DNA of 64,000 bases from Octopus sinensis (lineage: Eukaryota), in assembly GCF_006345805.1 (NCBI RefSeq), contig NC_043005.1, positions 56,854,001-56,918,000 of the forward strand, read 5' to 3'. Under the pieces are notes generated by a model. The model did not search any database. It had not been told where the DNA came from and was given only the letters and a program-made list of their open reading frames with translations. The position numbers and the translations under genes are program-made. This document shows, piece after piece, positions 1-9,881 of the stretch; position 1 is the first letter of the stretch; every line of letters begins with the position of its first letter.

Positions 1-140
1 ATGTGGGAGGAAACATGGGAAGGAGAGATGTTATTCAGCACCTGAAAAGGTTTCCGTGATCATTTGATAGACATGTCACATTAGTTGTTCTTGCTTTTCA
101 CCTATCGTCATTCAAACATGTTAAAATTGTTGCCCCTACT
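1..140 (-). mobile_element. 5' region and ORF start of an old RTE-family LINE, running off the left edge
   Basis: The reverse complement (aggggcaacaattttaacatgtttgaatga...atgtct...ttttcaggtgctgaata) matches 60819-60950, which directly precedes an RTE endonuclease ORF. Confidence 0.6.
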
Positions 141-447
141 AGAGGTGAGAGTAAGAAAGCATTGTAAATGAAAGTGTTTTGGGCATTGTAAATATATGTA
201 TTACTGGTGCTGCAGATCTAAATATAAATATGCCAATGTTAAATTAAGTAAGTGGGCTGCTATCTGGTTGGGTTAGTCCAGAGAGGGAGAGACAGTGAGG
301 GGGTGTGCATTTTGGTTGGGTTAGTCCAGAGAGAGAAAGGAGAGGGGGTCAAAATTACCAGTATAAGAGAGGAGACTACCAGAATGAGAGGGGGATTTCC
401 AGTAAGAGAAACGGGATTTCCAGTATTGGTGGTGGGGACGGAGAAGG

Positions 448-830
448 GTGGGTGCATCCATGAACAAGAAAGAGTCATTTTTAAGAGAAACAGTACGAAA
501 ATATTTAGCCATAGTGAGAAATTAGGAAAGGATTATTTTAGAGAGAGAGAGATTACAATTTAGAAGCAATTTGAAGAATTAATATAAATAATTACAGTTT
601 ATAAAAGTACATATTAGTAATGATGTGGGTTAGTGAAGGGAGTGGGTGCATCCATGAACAGAGAAAGAGTCATTTTGAAGAGAAAACAGTAGACCCATAT
701 TTAGCCATAGTGCAGAAATTAGGAAAGGATTTTTTTAGAGAGAGAGAGATTACAATTTAGAAGCAATTTGAAGAATTAATATAAATAATTACAGTTTATA
801 AAAGTACATATTAGTAATGATGTGGGTTAG
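448..830. repeat. Direct tandem duplication of a ~190-bp unit
   Basis: 448-633 and 642-830 both run gtgggtgcatccatgaaca...gtaatgatgtgggttag with only a few differences. Confidence 0.9.
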
Positions 831-1584
831 ATGAATGAATGAATGAAGCAATTACGTCATAACCAATTGGAAAGTCCATCATGTCATGACTATAAATAAA
901 AAGTTCACATCATAAGTGTGTGATTATAGTAGACAGAAACTGAAAGAAGTCCTCTCTCTCTCTCATTCACTTTCTCTCTCTTTCTATGTGCATTATTTGT
1001 TTATATTTATGCTTCTTTGAAAAGGGTGAGATACAAACAGTTACATTGTTCTCATTTCCTCTGTCATCAAATCATAATCTAATGGCTTTGAAGCATCAAA
1101 GTTGCCCGGAATAAGATATTCCTTATTTGAAAAAAAAAAAGGTAAGGGTTAGCGCCAAGAGGAACATCTGGCTGCAAAACAAAGCCTTGATAATACAGTC
1201 ATCTACCCCAGGGGTTCTTAAGACCCCTTTTTATCTATAGACCCCTTTGATTACTATTTTATTCTGTTGGACCCCAACAGCCAATCGATGTTTAGAAACT
1301 TCTTTCAAAATTCCTATTTTATTTTTTTCATTAACTAATGTAGGTTGTTTGGTTTTGGATTTGTTTAGCAAGATTCTTTATGTGTGTTCATGTACTGAAG
1401 CAAATTCTGTTGTGTCTGGGGAGAGTCATTCTCTTTTAGTGCCTTATAATTTAACACACTCACTGGCAAAATTTCCACTCATTTATTTTCCACATTTATT
1501 TTTCTAAACTTTTCATTGCGTCTTGCAACCTTTTCAGTAGTCGTTGACTTTGTCCATTATTCAAGCTGTGTTCTTTTTGTTTGT

Positions 1585-2055
1585 GCGCATGTGTGTGGGG
1601 CAGTGTGTGTGAGTGTGTGTGTGTGTGCATACACATGTATGTATGTATGCAAGTGTGTGTATGCATATGTATAAATGTATGTGTGTATGTTTGCATGTAT
1701 GTATTCTCCATATTTGTGTGTTTGTGTTTCTATGTGTATGTGTATGCATGTGTGTGTGTGTGTGTACCGCTGTCTCCTTGTGTGTGCATGTTTGAGTGTG
1801 TCTGTGTGTGTGTATGGTTTTTGTTTCTATGTACTGTGTCTGTATGTATGGATGTGTATCTCCATATGTGTGGACGTGTGTCTCCATATGTGTCCTTGCG
1901 TGAAGTGAAGTGTGTGTGTGTGTATGGTCATTTGCATGTGTGTATGTGTGCTTGTTGTTCATATTACCTATGTACCTATCCATCTGTATGTCTACCTGTT
2001 TACTTTCATATCTATTTGCCTACATACATGTGCATACACACACACACACACACTT
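1585..2055. repeat. Compound (TG)n/(TATG)n/(CA)n microsatellite
   Basis: Low-complexity dinucleotide tract. The overlapping C/V- and H/T-rich ORFs are artefacts of the repeat. Confidence 0.9.
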
Positions 2056-2199
2056 AGATTTACATAACAGCCCACTAACTATTCTACTTGCATATAAATA
2101 TAAACTGTGGGTATGGGGGTATGATTATCTACAACATATATTTTCTATTAAGTACTGGGGATGTTTCATTTATGAGGACGTACTCCTGTATTTGTCTGA

Positions 2200-2990
2200 G
2201 TGTTGGGTCCTTTGGATGCTTGGATAAAATGCAGATGTCAAGTTGACCCAGATTGCCTCCATGTTGGCATGTTGGTAGAGTATGGAGGACTGGTTTTTGT
2301 CATCATATTGTCTCAAATGTTCATTTAGTCTTTCCACAATGCTCCTAGATGTCTCCCCTATGCATATCATGTTCATGTCATTACAAGCGCCTACTTTGCA
2401 TCTTATGCTGTAGACTACATTTCTAGTTCTACAGTTAAAGCCAGGGCTAATCTTACATACCATGCAGTTATCATTGGTGCATATGGTATTCTCAAAGGGA
2501 GTTGTGATCTGATGGAGTTCCCTGGCTTTTCAACAATTTTAATGAGTTTGATCTCCTTCAGAGCATTCCTAAATCTACGGGCTAGTTCTCCATGGGCTGT
2601 GGCCTCAACAAACATCACTCCTTGATATTTGTCAGTTTTATACCACGTGTTCACCCTGTTTGCTTCGTCACAAGTTCTTTGTATCCTATTAAGTCTTTGC
2701 TTCTATATCTAGGGCTGGTACCACTGGTATCATTACGTATAATGTTATCTAAATGCTTCCTAGCACCCCTGTATACTTAAGCCCTATCTTTCTGATCATG
2801 TCCAGAGAATTGCATGTGGTGCATGAAGTTCTGTACATGTTTCTTCATTTCATAGGGTTTGCATAGTGAGAACACATTGTTCATTATCCTCACTATGTCT
2901 GCTATCAGTATGTTAATTTTCAAGTTGTGTGCCAAAGCTGAGTTCTTGTGAACAACATATTTCAAAGCTATGGGTTTCATGTAGGTTGAA
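2200..2990 (-). mobile_element. Degenerate Penelope-like element (RT C-terminus and GIY-YIG endonuclease)
   Basis: ORF pieces KYVVHKNSALAHNLKINILIADIVR and NVVYSIRC...CIGETSRSIVERLNEH match the PLE GIY-YIG signature. Frameshifted. Confidence 0.8.
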
Positions 2991-2994
2991 CTAT

Positions 2995-4290
2995 ATAAAA
3001 TGTTAGAGAAAGAAAACTGTTTCTTTGAGAAAGAGTGTGAAGATTGGGATGATGAGAAGAAAATTCACTTAATCTTGAGGAAACTGGTACCAACAGAGCA
3101 TGAACAATACAGCAATTTTGTACTCTCAAGAAAACCGTCTGACATAAAGTTTAACGATACAATAGATATATTGTGTAAAATTTTCAGGAAAAAAGCTCCT
3201 TGTTCAACACACAGTGGAAGTGTCTGAACATAGACAAAAATAGTAACAAGGACTACATCACAAACAGGAAATGCGAGAAGTTTAAGTTGGATAAATTAAG
3301 TCCAGATATGTTCAAATGCTACATTTTTACACAGGGTCTAACTGCTGAAAAGGACACAGAAGTCAGAACTAGAATTCTTGAAAAGCTGGAACAAAAACAG
3401 GATGTAACCCTACAAAAAGTGTCTGAAGAATGTGAAAGGGTACTTAAATTAAGACACGACATAGAGAAAATTGAACACAAAGGTTGTTTCCAAGTAAAAC
3501 CAGTGCAGAATAGTCTGAATAGAGATAAAGTGTTTTCTAAAAAGCACAGTAAACATTAGGATATAAACCCACGTTTTGCATGTGGTGGTATGCACTGCAC
3601 CTGAGGTAAAACAGTCCATTTAAAAAAGCAGAGTACTTTCATTGTGGAAATATAGGACATATTAAGAAGTGCTGTAGAATGAAAATGACAAAACATCAGA
3701 ACAAAAGAAAAAAAATAAATAGTTTGTCATCGGAAAAAAAGGGTTATACAGTAATCCCTTGCCATATCGTGATTCACCTATCACAGTTCACCTTTTACAG
3801 TTTATTATTTAAGCCTACGCCGATTCTTCCATGGTGTTGTTTTGCATTTATAACAAAATAAATATAAACAAATTATAAAAATAATTTTAAAAAATATACA
3901 GTACAGTACTGTTTCGACTTCATGGATTTTCACCTATCGAGGGGGATTCTGGAACATAACACCCATGATAGTCAAGCGATTACTGTACAATGAACAGAAA
4001 ATTCACACAGGTGAAAATTAAAAATACAAGTGTGAAATTGAAGTTCGACACAGGTAATGACATTATAAATGAAAAAGTGTGGAAACAAGTCAATAAGCCA
4101 AAATTGATTAAATCTAAAAAGGCAGCACATGGTGTTACAAGAAAAAGATTATATTTTATCGGTGAATGCATATGTAGCATAATATTTTGAGGTCAAATGA
4201 AAAAAACTAAGATATATGTATTAAAACTTTCACTTAATTTATTTGGCACAGAGTGGAGAGAACTATTCAATTTGTGTATGTTGTGTATGT
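2995..4290 (+). mobile_element. Ty3/gypsy LTR retrotransposon relic (gag, zinc knuckle, aspartic protease)
   Basis: Gag-like WDDEKKIHLILRKL...KFNDTIDILCKIF, knuckle remnant HCGNIGHIKKCC and protease motif KLKFDTG.D. Multiple frameshifts. Confidence 0.8.
3749..3985. mobile_element. Tigger/pogo-type MITE inserted in the gypsy relic
   Basis: Terminal inverted repeats cagtaatcc/gcgattactg with flanking TA at 3747-3748 and 3986-3987. Removing it restores the gypsy reading frame. Confidence 0.8.
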
Positions 4291-4479
4291 GCCCATAGCC
4301 GTTCTGTTGATAGGACACAACAATATATCTCATAAATTAAAGTTAGGATATATAACATGTGCATCCTACCATCTTTGTTATATGGAAGTGAGGTATGGGT
4401 TATTTATCATAGGCATATAAGGTAACTGGAATGATACCATCAATGCTGTCTGAGAAAAATTTGGGGGATTAACTGGAAA

Positions 4480-5006
4480 ATGGTCATTGGTAATGTGGAG
4501 GTGTTTGAGAGGAGTTGCAGAAGAAGTATCGAGTCAATGATTCTACAAAGAAGTTTGAAGTGGCAGGGTGAACATCTGATAAGGATGAGTGATGAGAGAC
4601 TGCGCAAGCAGCTATTGTATGGTGAGCTGGAAGACGGCAGGAGACCAGTGCATAAGCCTAAACTAATATTTAAGGATTGCCTTAAAAATGCTCAATACAG
4701 ACAGGAATTGCAGTTGGTGATTGGGAAAGGGAGATACAAGACTGGGATGGGTGGAGAAAGACAGTGCATAATGGTTGTTAGGGGTTTGAGAGGGAGAGAG
4801 TGAAGTATGGGAAAATTAAGAGTGGTCTTAGGGGGAAAGAATCTGTGAAGAATGAGGGAGTGTTGCTTTTTGTGTGTGGTTTGTGGGAGGAGGTATTTGA
4901 GTTGAGCAGCCATTAAAAATCTTCTGCCAGCCAGCACAGCTGTGCATTATGTAATAAAATGTGTAAAACTTTGGCTAGGCTTAAAAGTCATATAAGGGCA
5001 TCACAT
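4480..5006 (+). mobile_element. 3' fragment of an RTE-clade LINE with a C-terminal C2H2 finger
   Basis: LKWQGEHLIRMSDERLRKQLLYGELEDGRRPVHKPKLIFKDCLK, followed by CALCNKMCKTLARLKSHIRASH. Confidence 0.75.
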
Positions 5007-5082
5007 GGCATCAATAATGAATTATTTCAATAAGTCTTTTTGGCAATGGCTTTTCTTGTGTAACATGGGTGCAGCTATGATA

Positions 5083-5123
<41 letters not shown>

Positions 5124-5125
5124 AG

Positions 5126-5355
5126 TCTTTTACTTGTTTCAGTCATTTGATTGCAGCCATGCTGGAGCACTATGTATACACATACACGTATACACATACA
5201 ATGGGCTTTCTATCAACCAAATCCACGTATAAGGCTTTGGTCAGCCCGGGGGTAATAGTAGAATACATTTGCCCAAGGTGCCACACAGTGGGACTGAACC
5301 TGAAACTATGAAGTTGGGAAGCAAACTTCTTAACTACCCAGCCACAACTGTGCCT
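5126..5355 (-). mobile_element. Octopus tRNA-derived CORE-like SINE (OK/OR type), internally deleted
   Basis: Reverse-complement match to both head and tail of the full copy at 5935-6350. Confidence 0.8.
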
Positions 5356-5739
5356 GTATAATGGTTTCAGATTTTGACACAAAGCCAGCAATTTTAAAGG
5401 AAGGAGTAAGTCAACTACATCAACCCCTAGCATTCGACTGGTACTTATTTTATCAATCCAAAAAGGATGAAAGGCAACAATGAACTCGGCAGAATTTGAA
5501 CACAGGTATAAAGCTAGAAGAAATGCTGTAAGGCAAACAGTGCGGTAACAATTCTAACAGTTTATTGCCTTACCTGAATCTATATTGAAATTATATCTCA
5601 TTCATGTTAAAATAGAAAGACAAAAAAAAAAGATACAAAACCAATAGCAAAAACAAAAAAAAAGATAAAAGAGAAGAAAAAAAAAAAGGCAGGATCCTTC
5701 AGTCATAGAATTTGTCAGAAATATTACAAGTGTAAATAC

Positions 5740-5796
5740 CTTCTAGAGTCTTTGCTTTCCGTCTTATTCTTCCACTTCGACGTACACCATCTGGAC
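5740..5796 (-). CDS. Coding exon 3 (57 bp, phase 1-1) of the minus-strand AT-hook protein gene: GPDGVRRSGRIRRKAKTLE
   Basis: Acceptor ttgtag|gt and donor gaag|gtattt. Phase matches the preceding exon, and the peptide is a basic RRSGR.RK motif. Confidence 0.7.
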
Positions 5797-5934
5797 CTAC
5801 AAGTATTGTTAACACAGATATGAGACAACGAACAATGAAAAGCAACAGCAGCTACAACAACAAATCATGTACAACTACAGCAGCCATTACAACAACTATT
5901 ACGACATCACAACATGATTGCTATTTGTTCCACA

Positions 5935-6350
5935 GGCGCAGGAGTGGCTGTGTGGTAAGTAGCTTGCTAACCAACCACATGGTTCCGGGTTCAGTCCCAC
6001 TGCGTGGCATCTTGGGCAAGTGTCTTCTGCTATAGTCCCGGGCCAACCAATGCCTTGTGAGTGGATTTGGTAGACGGAAACTGAAAGAAGCCTGTCGTAT
6101 ATATGTATGTATATATATATATATATGTGTGTGTGTGTATATGTTTGTGTGTCTGTGTTTGTCCCCCTAGCATTGCTTGACAAACGATGCTGATGTGTTT
6201 ACGTCCCCGTCACTTAGCGGTTCGGCAAAAGAGACCGATAGAATAAGTACTCGGCTTACAAAGAATAAGACCCGGGGTCGATTTACTCGACTAAAGGCGG
6301 TGCTCCAGCATGGCTGCAGTCAAATGACTGAAACAAGTAAAGAGTAAAGA
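5935..6350 (+). mobile_element. Full-length octopus tRNA-derived CORE-like SINE
   Basis: A-box-like tggctgtgtgg, B-box-like ggttcagtccc, CORE-like gcatcttgggcaagtgtctt, central (TA/TG)n and tail gactgaaacaagtaaa. About ten copies occur in the window. Confidence 0.9.
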
Positions 6351-6354
6351 CAAG

Positions 6355-6660
6355 TATAACTGGCACTTTATCGGTTACGACAACAAGGGTTCCAGTTGAT
6401 CTGATCGACAGAACAGCCTGCTCTTTGAAATTAACATGCAAGTGGCTGAACGCTCCACAAACGTGTAGCTTTGACGTAGTTTTCAGAGAGATTCAGCATG
6501 ACACAGAATGTGATAAGGTTGGCCCTTTGAAATACAGATACTGCTCATTTCTGTCAGATGAGTGGACTGGAGCAGCATGAAATAAAGTGTCTTGATGAGA
6601 ATTGAACTCATGACCTTACAGTCACGAGCCGGATACTCTGACCGCTAAGCTATGTGCCTT
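6355..6660 (-). mobile_element. tRNA-derived SINE of a second family
   Basis: The minus strand starts ggcacatagcttagcggtcagagtatccggctcgtgactgtaaggtcatgagttcaattc, a tRNA-like head with A and B boxes. Confidence 0.65.
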
Positions 6661-6739
6661 CACCCACAGAAGTGTGCTCAAGAGTAAAGCAGAGAATAAC
6701 TATGTCAGAGTCTAAAAATCCTGGATGGCTAATTTCTCT

Positions 6740-7285
6740 GTGTGCGGGCGGGCATGCATGCATGTGTGTGTGTGTGTGTGTGTGTTCACATGCGTGTGTG
6801 TGCATGTTTGCATGTGTGTCTATAGATGAAATGCATGTTCCTATCTGTATGTCTGTGTATGTGAATGCATTTGCTCGGATGGAGTGTGTGAATGAGATTG
6901 GTGTGTGTGTGTATGTGTGCACATGAATGGATACATGAATAAATATGAATATATGTGCATGTTTCAATGTGTGTGTCTGTGTATGAATGTATGCATGGGT
7001 AAATGTGAATGTGTGTGTGTGATTGAATGTATATCTGATATGCATGTATGTGTGAATACATAAGTATGACATGATATGTTTGAACGCACTCATTAAAATG
7101 TGTGAATGTGTGTGTGTGTGTGTGTGTGTTTGAATGTTGTGTGAGAGAGTGAATGTGAACATACATGCATGTATATGCATGTGTATGTATGAAAATGTGT
7201 TGAATGTGAAGTGCATGTAGGTGTTCATGTGTTCATACAAGTGTATGTGCATATGAGTGTGTACACGCACACATGTTTATCCATG
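6740..7285. repeat. Degenerate (TG)n-rich compound microsatellite
   Basis: Low-complexity tgtg/tgca/tgaa tract. Confidence 0.85.
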
Positions 7286-7326
7286 TTTGCACTGCTGAAG
7301 CAAAAACAACCAACAAAAGAACTAAC

Positions 7327-7614
7327 CTGTAGCAGACAATTCCAGGAGGCCCTCCGCAGCATTGGTCTGCTCTGTTTGTGCCAACATCTCCTGGCTCATC
7401 AGTGGAATTTCTTTGATGTCGTCAACAGCTACTGACTGGTTTTGCTCTGAAGCTGTCCACTCTTGGCTGCCATTCAGGGATATCTTTGGCAGCAAAGTAT
7501 TTTCCGTTGTGCTTTCTGACAGTAACAGGGGGAGTTCAGGAGACTCTGTAGCCTCAGCAAGAGCTGGTTCTTCAACACGAGGCTGTTTCCGAGGTCGACC
7601 ACGTTTTCTTCGGC
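7327..7614 (-). CDS. Coding exon 2 (288 bp, phase 1-1) with AT-hook motif RRKRGRPRK
   Basis: Acceptor ttcttccactttcag|gc and donor acag|gttagt. Open frame GRRKRGRPRKQPRVEEPALAE...LLELSAT. Confidence 0.85.
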
Positions 7615-8081
7615 CTGAAAGTGGAAGAAGTACCCAAGATAAGCTCAGTATGGCAGCTGTCCTCTTATCTCCAGGCAATAATAAGCCTGTCCTTTTCCTT
7701 AATGGCAAGACAACTTAGGAGAATTCTTAATTCTTGAGATTATCTTTCCTTCCTACATAGGGCTGGTCTTAACTGCCATTTGCTAATAATGATACAACTA
7801 CGAGTAAAGACAATTTCAATAAATCAGAAATTTATGTTGTATGGTATTTGATAAACCTGTATTTGCAATATATTTAGCCAAGTTGGGAAACTGAGAGGAG
7901 AGCCTACTGTTAAGTATTTTTAATGTATAGTAAATGTGTCTTGAAGCTGGGGAATGAAACTAGATTGACATAGCAACACTGGAAGGTTGTGTTAAGAACC
8001 CTATTTATAGAGATAGTGCTAGTCTAGAGGAGTTAGTGGGAGCCTAGGTTGTGTAAGGATAAGATTCTTGCTAGGACTTAC

Positions 8082-8894
8082 CTTCTGGTGGCAGCAAGGG
8101 ATAAGCACACATCTGGCCTGTCTCAGAGTTTAACATCATCACACATTTTTTACCATTAATCACCACCTCTGTCCTCTCCGTAACAGCAATAGGACATGTG
8201 AGATCGGGTTTGCGACTCTGGGCTGCAGTAGTAGAAGTAGTATCAGTAGCATAGTATCAGCAGCATTATCAGCTGAAGGATATGCTTCAGTCATCTGATT
8301 GCTCTGATCTTCAGGGAGATCTTGCTTGGCGGAACTAGCAGTACTGATAATATTTGTCAACCCCATGGGATTCAGAGTAACACCTGCATCTTCTGCTTTC
8401 ACATTTCTGGGAGCCACATTGTTGACACTAACACCCACTACTTCTGCACTCTCAGCTTCTTCATTAACAGGTTCTGCTGCAGCAACCAGAGTAGTCTGTT
8501 GTGGCAGCTGAAGGTCTTCATTCGACTCGGCCACCTGGAGTATATCCATGGACGTGCCGTCTGACACAACAGTATTGACCACTTCTGAAATATTAGCTTC
8601 CCCATCCTCAGTTTGGACAGTGTAGTTCTGAAGGTTGTTACTGGCTGACTGCATGATGACCGGCATACCATCGGAGCCGGCCACAATCAGCCGGTTCTCA
8701 TCCACTTGAAGTGTGTCTTGTGTAAGAATATGATAGGTGCCAGGAGGTATTTGAAGAGTTCCATCCATGACTTGTTCTTGGAGGATAATCTGTGCAGCAT
8801 CCTCAAGACTTATTGTCACAGTTTCTGCTGATCCCATTTCTTGACTCATGGAGCCATCAACACGGATGATACGGTTAACTTGCTGACAATCCAT
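8082..8894 (-). CDS. First coding exon of an uncharacterised acidic AT-hook protein (MDCQQVNRIIRVDG...), with an apparent 1-bp deletion at ~8251
   Basis: Acceptor atcatttcag| at 8909, ATG in aaaATGg context at 8894 and donor gaag|gtaagt at 8082. Long non-repetitive ORF; after a one-base correction it continues TCPIAVTERTEVVINGKKCVMMLNSETGQMCAYPLLPPE in phase with exon 2. Confidence 0.85.
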
Positions 8895-9345
8895 TTTAAC
8901 TGCAGCAATCTGAAATGATACAAATGACAAATGTATTGTAAGTGTGTGTGTATGGGAGAGAGGGGGGAGAGAGAGAGAGAGAGATACACACAGAGGAAGC
9001 AGGCAGGCAGAGACATAACTATGTGGTTTAGAAGTTCACATTACAAGCACATGTAGTACCTTGGGTAAGTGTCTTCAACTATAGCCCCAGCCTGACCAGT
9101 GCTATATGAAGGAATTTGCTTGGAAAAACAGTAGGAAGACCATTGTGCGCATGTGTGTGTGTGTGTGTGTGTGCGTGTGTGTGTGTGTGTGCATATGTAT
9201 GCCCAGGAGGATCCCTGGAGGTAGTAAATAGCTTCTATTACCTAGGTGACCAAATTAATAATAAAGGAAGATGTTCTGGAAGTTTTCTTTCTAAGAATGA
9301 AAGGCAAGATTGTATGAAACATGGGTTCTAAAGGCACTTACAAAA

Positions 9346-9393
9346 AAATTTGATATGGGCCATTTATGCATATAGATGGCCCATATCAAATTT
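9346..9393. repeat. 48-bp near-perfect inverted repeat
   Basis: aaatttgatatgggccatttat-gcat-atagatggcccatatcaaattt, one mismatch in 22-bp arms. Confidence 0.85.
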
Positions 9394-9881
9394 ATACGCA
9401 TAAACAGCCCATATCAAATTTCAACACAACATTTGGAGAGTATTTAGCCTAAAAACAATGCTATGTTCCTGTGTGTTGACTTGACTACAAACACTAATGT
9501 TTTACGACTCCTTTTTCCAAATTTAGACCATCCTATACCCCTACTTCTATTAAGTAACCCCTTCCTCTATCCTTTGCCTACTTCTCCTCACCCCTTTCTA
9601 ACCTGTCTTCCACCTTTTCTCTATTCTACTTGCATCTTTCCATCTTTCCCAGCCTACCCCAGGCACTCACAATTCCTTCAGTGTTCTGCTTTATTATAGC
9701 CAGAAATGGTTCTGATGAAAGTAGCATTAATTCATTTAGGTCGTTCAATTTTTCTCAACCGATCAATAGACCAATTGAGAAAACCTATCAGTAACATACC
9801 TATAAAGACTACTGGAAACAGCTGTAAGTCAAATTTGCTCTAATAAAGGAAGAATATGTAATGACCATTATTTATATATCG

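Noticed and set aside
1300-1570. Coding-like minus-strand stretch (TTTEKVARRNEKFRKINVENK...)
   Set aside because: It has several in-frame stops and no splice acceptor. It is probably an old TE relic, and I could not assign a family.
1496-2227. Multiple 60-160 aa ORFs rich in C/V or H/T (also at 6650-7270, 11196-11555, 33611-33946 and 56269-57019)
   Set aside because: They are translations of dinucleotide microsatellites.
5935-6010. tRNA-like sequences at SINE heads (also at 6600-6660 and 12985-13075)
   Set aside because: They have A/B boxes but no complete cloverleaf, and they are fused to SINE bodies, so they are not tRNA genes.
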